DNA of 64,000 bases from a virus (IMGVR_UViG_3300036987_000310:128001-192000); one strand, 5' to 3'; shown: positions 1 to 7,992, numbered from the stretch's first letter. Program-made: numbers and translations. Notes: generated by a model not told the origin, from the sequence alone.

Positions 1-4
1 TTCT

Positions 5-508
5 TTGAAGCGCATAATCGACAAAGAAAGAGCGGTGGCCTGGCGCGCGTATGAAACAGCAGATGACAAAATAACCGGCAAGAATTGCAAAATTCATGGG
101 TTTGTTAACATCGAGAACTGTCACGTTGGAAAGCTGCCAGGAGGTGGACCGAGGGTGCTGTGCAGATTGTGTTCGAGAGCTCGTGACAAAGCACGCAAGG
201 CAAAGAAGTTCACGGACCGTGTTGCGCATATGCCCAAGGCCAAACCGCCGCGCGTTGCCACCGCGCGCAATGAGCTTGTTATTCAAGACGGCCGCGTCGT
301 TGGGCTTCAGTGCCGTGCGCACGGCCTCGTATCCGGAGACGAGTGTTTAATCACCGTGTGGCCGAATGGAAACTCTCGTGCTGTATGTAGGGTGTGCGCA
401 CGAGAGGCAGACAAGCGTCGAAAAAATCGAGACCGGCAACGACGCGGTTTGCCTGTCTTCGTAGCGGAGGGAGGCCGAATCGAACGGCCATCCTTTTGGA
501 CGCCCTAG
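5..508 (+). CDS. Protein with two tandem C-x2-H-G...C-x2-C zinc-finger-like repeats, Arg/Lys-rich
   Basis: CKIHG...CRLC and CRAHG...CRVC, each followed by a basic helix. Confidence 0.6.
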   Translation: MKRIIDKERAVAWRAYETADDKITGKNCKIHGFVNIENCHVGKLPGGGPRVLCRLCSRARDKARKAKKFTDRVAHMPKAKPPRVATARNELVIQDGRVVGLQCRAHGLVSGDECLITVWPNGNSRAVCRVCAREADKRRKNRDRQRRGLPVFVAEGGRIERPSFWTP

Positions 509-568
509 TGTTCCAAACTAGTTGCCCACCTTGAGCAGCACCCTCCAGTTTTTGTCACCCGTTTCAGT

Positions 569-835
569 GTGAACACAATCAGGAAAAAGTCGGACTCGTA
601 TATAGAGGCACAGAGCGGCTTTCCTTCTGAAGAAAGAGGGACCCTAGTCACATGCCCTGTGTGTGGTGGAACTGGACAGAAAGAACATAACTCCCCGAAC
701 GGAGAGTATAAAATTCTGTTATGCAGATGGTGCAGCGGACACGGAAGCGTGACCAAAGAAGTGTATGTGGCTTTCATTCGGTGGCTGAGGATTCTCAGCC
801 ACAATCGGGCGTCAGGGAACTGCGAAAGGAAATAG
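569..835 (+). CDS. Small protein with DnaJ-type CxxCxGxG zinc finger
   Basis: CPVCGGTG and CRWCSGHG. Confidence 0.6.
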   Translation: MNTIRKKSDSYIEAQSGFPSEERGTLVTCPVCGGTGQKEHNSPNGEYKILLCRWCSGHGSVTKEVYVAFIRWLRILSHNRASGNCERK

Positions 836-1190
836 CCTCCTGCAGCCATTTTCTGAGCGTGCCTTTGTGTTCTTGGTGTCTTATTTTGACAACTTTCATT
901 TGGCCTTCGGTCATTTCCTCTATGTATGATGCGTGATGCCGAACCGCGATCGGAAGCTTTTCGTGATCGTTGGTCATCACCATGAGATTGTCACATTCGT
1001 ATGCAAAGACAGACTTCGGGCACAAGATGTGTAGCGCCTCGATGAGAATTTCAACTTCTTCATCACGAGCTTCGCGCAGTTTTTGAACAACTAGCGTTGC
1101 GATTTTGTGCCTGCCGCCAAACTCGCTCCCCCAATCTTCCATCACGTCCATGATCTTTAGCTTGTTCAAAAATTCGCGATTGACTATCAT
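795..1190 (-). CDS. Hypothetical protein
   Basis: 131-aa ORF; ATGA overlap with upstream gene. Confidence 0.55.
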   Translation of the reverse strand: MIVNREFLNKLKIMDVMEDWGSEFGGRHKIATLVVQKLREARDEEVEILIEALHILCPKSVFAYECDNLMVMTNDHEKLPIAVRHHASYIEEMTEGQMKVVKIRHQEHKGTLRKWLQEAISFRSSLTPDCG

Positions 1191-1408
1191 GACTCATGCA
1201 CTTTCGACACTTCATACTCTTCGAGAGTTATCTCATTCCATGGGCGCAAAGCCTCAATCGTCATCGACATGTAATGGCTTTCGCAAATCGCCATCGTGTG
1301 TCCAGTTCCGCCGCCAATGTCCAACAGATAGCGATTTGCTTTATTGAAGCAAATCGGGTTGTTTAAACTCCGGCGGCGGAACTGATTCATGTACTCGCAC
1401 AAAATCAT
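1187..1408 (-). CDS. Small hypothetical protein with C-terminal tag (KVHES)
   Basis: Start moved to ATG 1408 overlapping HNH stop; ends EVSKVHES. Confidence 0.6.
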   Translation of the reverse strand: MILCEYMNQFRRRSLNNPICFNKANRYLLDIGGGTGHTMAICESHYMSMTIEALRPWNEITLEEYEVSKVHES

Positions 1409-1917
1409 TCGGCCCCTATGTAAAAAGCCCACAGTTCCGGCACGTCATTTGTTAACATAACCGGTGACGACAGTGGGAGAGACTTTGGCCGAAACGGTTT
1501 CCGCTTGAGTTTCATGCCAGCTTCAAACGGAGTTCTCCCGGCTTTCCGGGAGTTGCACGGGTAACAGCTTGTAACGATGTTTTCCCATTCTGTCTTGCCT
1601 CCGCACCTCTTGGGAACCACGTGGTCATAGTTCAATTCGCGCATCGACAGCTTTCTGCCGCAGTATTGGCACGTAAACTTGTCTCGCGTCAACACATTGA
1701 TGCGACTAAATTTTACGCCACGCTTGTTCACACAAACATTCTTGACTAGTCTGGCGACCGCCGGCATTTTGATGGATGTTGACGGGGACCTGATGACTTC
1801 ATCATACTCTTCGAGCACTTCTATTTTCTGATTGAAGAGTAGAACGATGGTTGTCTGCCAAGGAACGATTCTATGAGGTTGCATCCAAGGAGTTAGCAAG
1901 AGAGTTTGGGTCGACAT
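1405..1917 (-). CDS. HNH endonuclease (McrA-like)
   Basis: RDKFTCQYCG...DHVVP..GG..WENIVTSCYPCNSRK; GGAG 6 nt before ATG 1917. Confidence 0.9.
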   Translation of the reverse strand: MSTQTLLLTPWMQPHRIVPWQTTIVLLFNQKIEVLEEYDEVIRSPSTSIKMPAVARLVKNVCVNKRGVKFSRINVLTRDKFTCQYCGRKLSMRELNYDHVVPKRCGGKTEWENIVTSCYPCNSRKAGRTPFEAGMKLKRKPFRPKSLPLSSPVMLTNDVPELWAFYIGAE

Positions 1918-1984
1918 CGTCATCTCCGTTTCTTCTTTTTCATGGCTGTCTCCCATGTTCAGCTGTTTGTTGTTGGAACTTTGC

Positions 1985-2266
1985 ATGGACATCCGGAAAA
2001 TCGCGTCAAGAGTTGCAGAAGGGTGGCAAGACAAGCTTCACGGGGGTCTTGCCGACGACAACATCCCTGAAAACTTCAACCCTATACAACTTGTCAACGG
2101 ACTTGTCGTAGAGCTTGAACACGTCAACAAAGAAGCTCACGAAATGCTGAAAAATGCTCCAGACGACATTCATAAAGCATTAGAAATCGCCATGGACCAT
2201 CTTACTGAAGACGCGGAGTACTACACCAAGCTCGCGAAAATGGAGGGGGAAGAGTTTGTAGGCTAG
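1985..2266 (+). CDS. DUF5661-like phage protein with N-terminal IAxRVA motif
   Basis: VELEH...IAMDHLTEDAEYYTKLAKME recalled as DUF5661-like; starts MDIRKIASRVA. Confidence 0.65.
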   Translation: MDIRKIASRVAEGWQDKLHGGLADDNIPENFNPIQLVNGLVVELEHVNKEAHEMLKNAPDDIHKALEIAMDHLTEDAEYYTKLAKMEGEEFVG

Positions 2267-2538
2267 GACTCGTCTTTGACGCTTCCGTACCACCCGGCTT
2301 CCATTACTCGTCTTGCCGTTTCTGCCACTGCTTTTTGATCGTCCGCCCGGCCTTTGGCTAAAGACGTCAAAATTTTGCGCAGCAACGCGTCCCCTCTTTT
2401 GCGGGCTTTCTTTTCATCGGACGCAGACAGAGTTTCAAACTCGGCAGCGATGTCTTTTGCCTTCAAAAAAGGTATTTTGTTTGCGACAACAACAGTGTCC
2501 CCATTCGCAATAGCCCTAGCAAACTTGTCGATCTCCAA
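2263..2538 (-). CDS. Hypothetical protein
   Basis: 91-aa ORF, TTG start, convergent with upstream + gene. Confidence 0.5.
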   Translation of the reverse strand: MEIDKFARAIANGDTVVVANKIPFLKAKDIAAEFETLSASDEKKARKRGDALLRKILTSLAKGRADDQKAVAETARRVMEAGWYGSVKDES

Positions 2539-2588
2539 GTCAGTTTCTCCTATTTCCTGTCAAGTTAGTTCACGCAAATACTTTACAG

Positions 2589-2662
2589 TGCTGACGGCGA
2601 GATTCGAACTCGCACTAAACGCGGTTTGAGCACGTCGCCTCTGCCAGTTGGGCTACGTCAGC
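2589..2662 (-). tRNA. tRNA-Leu(CAA), short variable loop
   Basis: GCTGACG/CGTCAGC acceptor, loop CTCAAAC, TTCGAAT T-loop, 5-nt variable region. Confidence 0.9.
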
Positions 2663-2898
2663 ATGACTGTCATCAGGGCTTTCCTGTCTTGCATGGACCC
2701 ACAATTCAATGGACCACACCATCCTTCAGGGCGGTCAAGTTCACATTCATATGGCTTTGTGCGACCAACTTCGTCGATCATGGCAATGACCCCGCACACC
2801 TTGCAAGACGTGTAACCTCTAAGTTTTGCGGTCCATGTATGGCCGCCCATGTCGTAAATGTGCGTGTTTTTGTCGTAGCACATCACGAGTTTGTCCAT
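2653..2898 (-). CDS. HxW...CxxC small protein with tag-like end (TVMLT); stop lies inside tRNA-Leu
   Basis: GHTW...CKVC...LNCG...ALMTVMLT*; last codons CTG ACG TAG are the tRNA 5' end. Confidence 0.6.
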   Translation of the reverse strand: MDKLVMCYDKNTHIYDMGGHTWTAKLRGYTSCKVCGVIAMIDEVGRTKPYECELDRPEGWCGPLNCGSMQDRKALMTVMLT

Positions 2899-2899
2899 G

Positions 2900-3109
2900 C
2901 TATGACTCGTTGACATCTTCCACAACACCGAGCTTGCATTGTGGTTTGTGCTCCCCAATACATTCGCATTCCTCGCATTTTCGGAGGGCGTAGAAAGCAG
3001 AAGCCCCAGCAGGCATTTCTTGTACAGGAAACAATCCTATGGCCATGGACGCCATACTGACTCGATAAGTCGCCGCGTCAGCCAACGCTTGTCTTGCTTG
3101 ACCTATCAT
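2900..3109 (-). CDS. Small protein with capsid-like segment, Cys/His knuckle and tag (DVNES); start uncertain
   Basis: ARQALA...FPVQEMPAGASAFY, CEECECIGEHKPQC, ends VVEDVNES. Confidence 0.55.
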   Translation of the reverse strand: MIGQARQALADAATYRVSMASMAIGLFPVQEMPAGASAFYALRKCEECECIGEHKPQCKLGVVEDVNES

Positions 3110-3131
3110 CCGGGTGACGGCTTGAATATCA

Positions 3132-3503
3132 TCAGCTGTCCATGACGTCTGCGACTCTGCATGTGTCAACATCATGATCTCTTTGTTTTTTGCATTCCAC
3201 GCACCAAACACTGAATTCAAACTTCCCATAGATGTCTCTCCATGGGTTGGAGCGTTTGGTGCGTGGAACTATGGCACTGTCGGGACATGCGGCATTCGTG
3301 AACGGTTTTGGGAAGTACGCTCTGACCTCCATCAAGTTTTTTCTCTTAACAACTGTGACAAGGTCAGCTAACAGGTCCCACTTTTCCACTTCTCTCAGAG
3401 TCTCAGCTATTGGGGATTTGATCCATTCCCATTCACTGCTAAAAATGTCGTCTTCGACAAAGTCAAAGTTGGCGGCAAGACGAGTCCCCCACAGTTTCTT
3501 CAT
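3132..3503 (-). CDS. Hypothetical protein with CxxC...H...C knuckle and tag (DVMDS)
   Basis: CVECKKQRDHDVDTCRVADVMDS*; ATG shares the A of the tRNA CCA. Confidence 0.7.
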   Translation of the reverse strand: MKKLWGTRLAANFDFVEDDIFSSEWEWIKSPIAETLREVEKWDLLADLVTVVKRKNLMEVRAYFPKPFTNAACPDSAIVPRTKRSNPWRDIYGKFEFSVWCVECKKQRDHDVDTCRVADVMDS

Positions 3504-3579
3504 GGTGGCCCGCCCGGGATTCGAACCCGGAACACACGGATTTTAAATCCGCTACGTCTGCCAATTGCGCCAGCGGGCC
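3503..3579 (-). tRNA. tRNA-Leu(TAA), short variable loop, encoded CCA
   Basis: GGCCCGC/GCGGGCC acceptor, loop TTTAAAA, 5-nt variable region GTGTT. Confidence 0.9.
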
Positions 3580-3640
3580 GTGGTGCGATATGTAAAAATC
3601 AAACTCATCTAGTTCGACAGGTTAGTCTAGTGTCCTCCCG

Positions 3641-4171
3641 CTATGCGTCATGGATTTCGTATGGAACCCAATACTCGTCGTGTGCTTGCATGTCCTGTGG
3701 TCTGTCAATCCCCCAGAATGAAGCCACCTCACCATACATTTGGGGATTACATAGGTCTAACCGTCTCCAAGAAATCAAGACGTTCAATTCGTCGCTATTG
3801 TCAAGTTCGTCGATGACTTTCCCCATAAATCTTGCGAAGTCCCCTTCGCACAGAACTTTTCTCTCAAAAACTCGCACTTCGACAGACCCGGCTGTGACTC
3901 TGATTGGGTCAACCTGGGCTTCAGCTATCGGATCAAGTTCTTTATACCAGATAAAGTCAAGCTTTTCCCGGATGTCTTCTGCCGCGTCACACCCCAACTC
4001 GTAGTCAGAGAACTTTTCCAGTTCAGCAGCAAGAGCATTAAACCTGTCGACTATGACTTTGCGTTCAAACCTGTCCAATTTCAAACCCCATCCGGGCCTC
4101 GTCAAAACATCGAATCTGTGAACTGAATTCAAACTAGGAATGTAACACCCGCGAATTCTAGGCTTGCACAC
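3641..4171 (-). CDS. Hypothetical protein with tag (EIHDA)
   Basis: 176-aa ORF ending YEIHDA. Confidence 0.6.
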   Translation of the reverse strand: MCKPRIRGCYIPSLNSVHRFDVLTRPGWGLKLDRFERKVIVDRFNALAAELEKFSDYELGCDAAEDIREKLDFIWYKELDPIAEAQVDPIRVTAGSVEVRVFERKVLCEGDFARFMGKVIDELDNSDELNVLISWRRLDLCNPQMYGEVASFWGIDRPQDMQAHDEYWVPYEIHDA

Positions 4172-4174
4172 GTT

Positions 4175-4438
4175 TTACAGCCGGTTGTCTTCTCGCATTT
4201 GGTCGATGGTTCTCATGCCGAGGGACCACATGGACCCTTGAATGAACCCGATCCACCTTTGCGCCTTGTCTTTTTGCCCATTTTCCAAGAACCCCGGAAC
4301 TTGTTGACACATCCATGACAGGTGGCCGCAAAGCGCTGCCAAAGTTAGCGGCGTCATGTTTGTTTCGCTCTTCTTCGCAGGGGTTCCAATTGCAGTCTCA
4401 TATGATTTCAAAACTTCGAGAACTCGTTCGTCCGTCAT
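4175..4438 (-). CDS. Small phage hypothetical protein
   Basis: 87-aa ORF with HLSWMC...KAQRWIGFIQG, a motif recalled from phage orphans. Confidence 0.65.
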   Translation of the reverse strand: MTDERVLEVLKSYETAIGTPAKKSETNMTPLTLAALCGHLSWMCQQVPGFLENGQKDKAQRWIGFIQGSMWSLGMRTIDQMREDNRL

Positions 4439-4482
4439 GTCAACCCTCCGGATTCATGAACTCTTGATTTTGAACTATACAC

Positions 4483-5055
4483 ATGAGCAAGCTCACTGCT
4501 GGGGAAAACGAGGTCGTTGAGTTTCGATTTTTGTCCACAGCTTCAGCCATGCATGAAAAAATGGCTCAGACGTATGAAGAACATGGAATGCGAAAACTTG
4601 CAGACGAGGAGTGGGCTAAGTTTTCGATATTGCAAAGAGCAATCAAAGATTGGGGAGAAACTTGGGAATTTCCAGCAAAAAGTGTGGTGGAAATCGTAGC
4701 TACACGAATTGCTCGCTTCAAGGAAAAGAAGGAAAATGTTGTAAAACACATGGCTCAAGCTCTGCATGAACACGTTGGCATGAGCAGGAAAACGTCCTTG
4801 GAGTTGGCCAAGGCGTTATTTGGTAATCGCGACATCTCGTCTCTAGCATTGCAATATGGGTGGGATTTTGACGGCACAGACTTGAAAATTGGGTGTCTCA
4901 AGATGAAAAAGCTCGGCGTATATCCAGAAGACAGTCCGGTGTTGGAGCGGTTGGAAAAATTTGCCGAATCGCGCGGTGTCGACGAAGAGGCTTACGAAGC
5001 AGCGATAGAGCTCATGGACAATCAAGAAAACGCTAAATGGGAACAGCGCGCTTGA
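4483..5055 (+). CDS. Hypothetical protein
   Basis: 190-aa charged helical ORF. Confidence 0.65.
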   Translation: MSKLTAGENEVVEFRFLSTASAMHEKMAQTYEEHGMRKLADEEWAKFSILQRAIKDWGETWEFPAKSVVEIVATRIARFKEKKENVVKHMAQALHEHVGMSRKTSLELAKALFGNRDISSLALQYGWDFDGTDLKIGCLKMKKLGVYPEDSPVLERLEKFAESRGVDEEAYEAAIELMDNQENAKWEQRA

Positions 5056-5072
5056 AACAGCAGCCTGAAACT

Positions 5073-5273
5073 TTATGCCCTGGCGTTTTCTTCACATGAA
5101 AGCTTCACGAGAATCTGTTCAGTTTTGAGTGGACATCGAAGCGGCAACAGATGACTGCGCGCACGCTCTCCGCTTATCGAACATTCGTTCGGAATGCCGC
5201 TTTCATTCCGAACGAATGGGCACGATGGACATGAATCTATTGCGATGATTCTGATGTTCTTCTCGGTGTTCAT
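5073..5273 (-). CDS. Small Cys-rich protein
   Basis: Start moved to ATG 5273 (ATGA overlap); SCPSCPF...C...CPL. Confidence 0.55.
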   Translation of the reverse strand: MNTEKNIRIIAIDSCPSCPFVRNESGIPNECSISGERARSHLLPLRCPLKTEQILVKLSCEENARA

Positions 5274-5512
5274 GACTCCATGACTCCCATCAGAATGCCA
5301 GTCTCGCATCCATTTTCCGGATGCTTCATGTGATTTCGGCTTCCCGGTTCCAAAATGATTAGAGCTTCGCACTCTGGACACGTTATGTAATCTCTCGGGG
5401 CCCTTCTCGGCTGAGACATCGCTTTTGCCAGCTCAGCCCTTCCTTGCGGAGTCGATAAGTATTTGGAGATGATCGGGTCTAACTGCGGCGTCAGTTCCAT
5501 CGAATCCTCCAT
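5270..5512 (-). CDS. Small protein with capsid N-terminus-like segment, Zn knuckle and tag (GVMES)
   Basis: IISKYLSTPQGRAELAKAMSQPRRAPRDY, CPEC...H...C, ends ILMGVMES. Confidence 0.7.
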   Translation of the reverse strand: MEDSMELTPQLDPIISKYLSTPQGRAELAKAMSQPRRAPRDYITCPECEALIILEPGSRNHMKHPENGCETGILMGVMES

Positions 5513-5538
5513 ACTTAGTTTGCATTGCTTTTTCGTCG

Positions 5539-5612
5539 TGGGCCGAGTCGGGTTCGAACCGACAACATCTCCGTTATGAGCGGAGGGCTCTTACCGATTG
5601 AGCTACCGGCCC
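5539..5612 (-). tRNA. tRNA with CAT anticodon (Ile2-like or elongator Met)
   Basis: Loop CTCATAA; C4-G69/C5-G68 pairs resemble TilS substrate tRNA-Ile2. Confidence 0.85.
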
Positions 5613-5626
5613 GCGTAAGTTTACAG

Positions 5627-5707
5627 TGCTCGAGGCGGGAGTCGAACCCGCATTGTCTTTCGACACTGGGCCTAAACCAGTTGGCTATGCCATTCGCCTA
5701 CCCGAGC
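5627..5707 (-). tRNA. tRNA-Leu(TAG)
   Basis: Loop TTTAGGC, variable arm GTC-GAAA-GAC, A73. Confidence 0.9.
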
Positions 5708-5726
5708 TAATTTTTCCAACAAGCCT

Positions 5727-6146
5727 CTAGTCGGCTTTCCACCCGCCGCCAATGGAAAAACCGTCCATGGCTCCCGTAATTGTGTTTCGCTTTTTCCGCA
5801 ATGCGTCAATTTGTGCGTCAATTTTTGACACTTCATGGTTTGCTTTGTCCATGATTTCTTGACACAGTTTTGCAAAGGCTTCCTGAGTGTTTTTAAGAAC
5901 CCAGTCTTCGCTACGCCATGGCTCCGACCTGGTAACGATGCCGTCAATGCTCAGAGCGGTTTCCCACACCACTTTTTCTGAATTGCCACTGATCAGACAT
6001 CCGTGCTGATCCTTTTTGAGAATTGGAACAGCTATATAGCTTACGTGAAGGTGGGAAGCTGACGCGCCTTCGCCTTTGAGAGCTTGACACAGCTTTTCCA
6101 ATCTCAGAGCCTGGCTGTGCGTGATCCTGTCTTTTTTCGAGTCCAT
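5727..6146 (-). CDS. Hypothetical protein with C-terminal coiled coil
   Basis: 139-aa ORF. Confidence 0.6.
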   Translation of the reverse strand: MDSKKDRITHSQALRLEKLCQALKGEGASASHLHVSYIAVPILKKDQHGCLISGNSEKVVWETALSIDGIVTRSEPWRSEDWVLKNTQEAFAKLCQEIMDKANHEVSKIDAQIDALRKKRNTITGAMDGFSIGGGWKAD

Positions 6147-6175
6147 GCCTGTTTATACTCTATGACTTTTTGAAT

Positions 6176-6571
6176 TTACGAAAGATATTTTAGAGCAACG
6201 CCATTCAGGAGTATGTGCATGGTGTTATCGGCCACGATCATGAGCCATACCGCCAACCATGCTGGTCGATCTTGATGGTAGCCCGTTCCCGTGCACTCTG
6301 CCCATGGGTGGCGATACCTTTTTGGACTTGGAATATTTTTAACCCAACACACATACCTGGCGAGTCGCCACCGGTCAATGACGAAGTGTGTGAAACCAAT
6401 GAAAGCCAAAGCAGTTGGGGACCCAGTGAGAAATAGAAACGGAAGCGTGTAGGTTACGGCATGAACCAGCGCTGCCACGCTCTTTTTAGTTTTTTCTCCG
6501 GCCATCCAGTCGCTTTGAACAACATAGTCTCCGATTAGATGAAGAAGAATTTGATCTGCCGAGATTAGCAT
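6176..6571 (-). CDS. DUF3307-like membrane protein
   Basis: HLIGDYVVQSDWMA.EK...HAVTY...THFVIDRW. Confidence 0.75.
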   Translation of the reverse strand: MLISADQILLHLIGDYVVQSDWMAGEKTKKSVAALVHAVTYTLPFLFLTGSPTALAFIGFTHFVIDRWRLARYVCWVKNIPSPKRYRHPWAECTGTGYHQDRPAWLAVWLMIVADNTMHILLNGVALKYLS

Positions 6572-7191
6572 TAACGAGACCTGATGTGAACGTTTCGCGG
6601 GATGGTGCTAAGAGTCGGGAGAAGCGCTTCATTCGCACGCTTCTCGGCATCGGAAAGCCCGCGGGACACTTTCTTGTAGACTGGATGGTGGAGCCAGTCT
6701 GCGTACTTTGTGTTGCCGCGAGCCTTGTTGCACTTTTTACAAGCAGACACCATGTTTTGGTCCGTGCTCGGGCCTCCGTCCTCCCACAAAACAAGATGAT
6801 CGACTGTCAGGGGGACCCCGTCTTTTCCACAGTATCTGCATTTGTACCCATCTCGCCTGAACACTTGCCACGACACTTGTTGGTCAATTTGGCGCTGACA
6901 TTTGCGCACTATGGCTTTGACAATTTTTCCATTCGCGTCTTCAGCCACAATTTCAGTTTCCATCAAGTCCGCTTGACGGATGAATTGTTGCCACTGGTCC
7001 AGGTCCATGTTAAGCGTTTGAGCATAGGAAACAGACCCGTCCGACTGGATAACCTGAACTTCATCGTCGAGGATGTTGCAATGCGATCTCGGAAACATGC
7101 ACAGGTACATTTCTTTGTTTCCGCTGAAAACGGCCCCGACGAGACCGATTGAATGGCCAACTTCCAGAAGGTTCAGTTCTTCAAATTTCAT
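6571..7191 (-). CDS. HNH endonuclease domain protein
   Basis: RDGYKCRYCG...TVDHLV...GG...NMVSACKKCNKARG. Confidence 0.85.
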   Translation of the reverse strand: MKFEELNLLEVGHSIGLVGAVFSGNKEMYLCMFPRSHCNILDDEVQVIQSDGSVSYAQTLNMDLDQWQQFIRQADLMETEIVAEDANGKIVKAIVRKCQRQIDQQVSWQVFRRDGYKCRYCGKDGVPLTVDHLVLWEDGGPSTDQNMVSACKKCNKARGNTKYADWLHHPVYKKVSRGLSDAEKRANEALLPTLSTIPRNVHIRSR

Positions 7192-7469
7192 GCAGTTTGT
7201 TTACATCGACAGTAAACAAGTTGTACGGGGCCGGAGAATCGAACTCCGCTGCAACTCCTTGTAAGAGAGTGGTCATCGCCAGACGACTCGCCCCGCATGT
7301 GCGTCTCGAACTCGAGACGCTTCTTTTGGAATTCGTTCCAGTCTCCGGTCGCCATGGCGCGGCGAAACTCGATGTTCAAGGCTGCAATGACGGCTTTGCC
7401 CTCTTCGCAACACCAAACCCCGCTTCGACATTTGCACGCCTCCATAAATGCCCCCCTATCACACAACAT
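7188..7469 (-). CDS. Hypothetical protein (low confidence); ATG shares the A of tRNA-Gln CCA
   Basis: 93-aa ORF; the 3' part runs through tRNA-Val, so the true coding extent is doubtful. Confidence 0.35.
   Translation of the reverse strand: MLCDRGAFMEACKCRSGVWCCEEGKAVIAALNIEFRRAMATGDWNEFQKKRLEFETHMRGESSGDDHSLTRSCSGVRFSGPVQLVYCRCKQTA
7224..7296 (-). tRNA. tRNA-Val(TAC)
   Basis: GCGGGGC/GCCCCGT acceptor, loop CTTACAA, A73. Confidence 0.85.
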
Positions 7470-7542
7470 GGTTGGAGCGGAGGGAATCGGACCCCCATTC
7501 GCAGGGCCAAAGCCTGCTGTCCTGCCTTTGAACGACGCTCCA
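7469..7542 (-). tRNA. tRNA-Gln(TTG), encoded CCA
   Basis: TGGAGCG/CGCTCCA acceptor, loop CTTTGGC, variant T-loop TCCGATT. Confidence 0.9.
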
Positions 7543-7543
7543 A

Positions 7544-7636
7544 GGTGCTAGCTTGCCCGTACCGGCCTGCCGTTTCCACGAACAGAAGTTTCCAGAGGGG
7601 CTTTGCATCTAATCGCTCTATGGCGGCTAGCGCGCC
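7544..7636 (-). ncRNA. Candidate structured RNA/leader upstream of tRNA-Gln
   Basis: Ends pair (GCTAGC/GCTAGC); nested GCCC/GGGC and CGT-GGAA-ACG helices; TATAAT 7 nt upstream. Confidence 0.35.
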
Positions 7637-7642
7637 GTTTTT

Positions 7643-7648
7643 ATTATA
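7643..7648 (-). promoter_or_regulatory. Sigma70-type -10 element
   Basis: Perfect TATAAT on minus strand; no clear -35. Confidence 0.5.
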
Positions 7649-7736
7649 CCGCTAAAAGCATGTTCAGAGTTCATTCCTCTGTTCATGTTGACACGGTATG
7701 AACTGTGCATAAAATAATTTGGCACTGGTTGCGAAG

Positions 7737-7896
7737 TCAATCACCTTGATTGAATTTTCATTCGCGACGGAATCAAAGAGGGGCCATTTTGTGAGGACTT
7801 TGACGTGGTCGTAATCAGGACCATGTCAAGTAACAATTCAATCACCTTGATTGAACAATCAAGGTGATTGAACAATCAAGGTGATTGAATTGTTAC
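7737..7896. repeat. Array of four palindromic 17-bp sites [TA]CAATCA-N3-TGATTGA including a perfect 24-bp inverted repeat
   Basis: Sites at 7737, 7838, 7855, 7872; arms 7830-7853 and 7873-7896 are exact reverse complements. Confidence 0.9.
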
Positions 7897-7992
7897 CGTC
7901 TTTCCGTTCGAGACAGTGTTAAAAAGGAGGCTGTCCTGAGACCTAGGTAGCTAGTCAATCCGTCCGTAGCAGAACCATCATGAGGAAATGGG

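Noticed and set aside
7830-7896. Possible mini CRISPR array
   Set aside because: The 17-bp units are contiguous with no unique spacers, and no cas genes are in the window.
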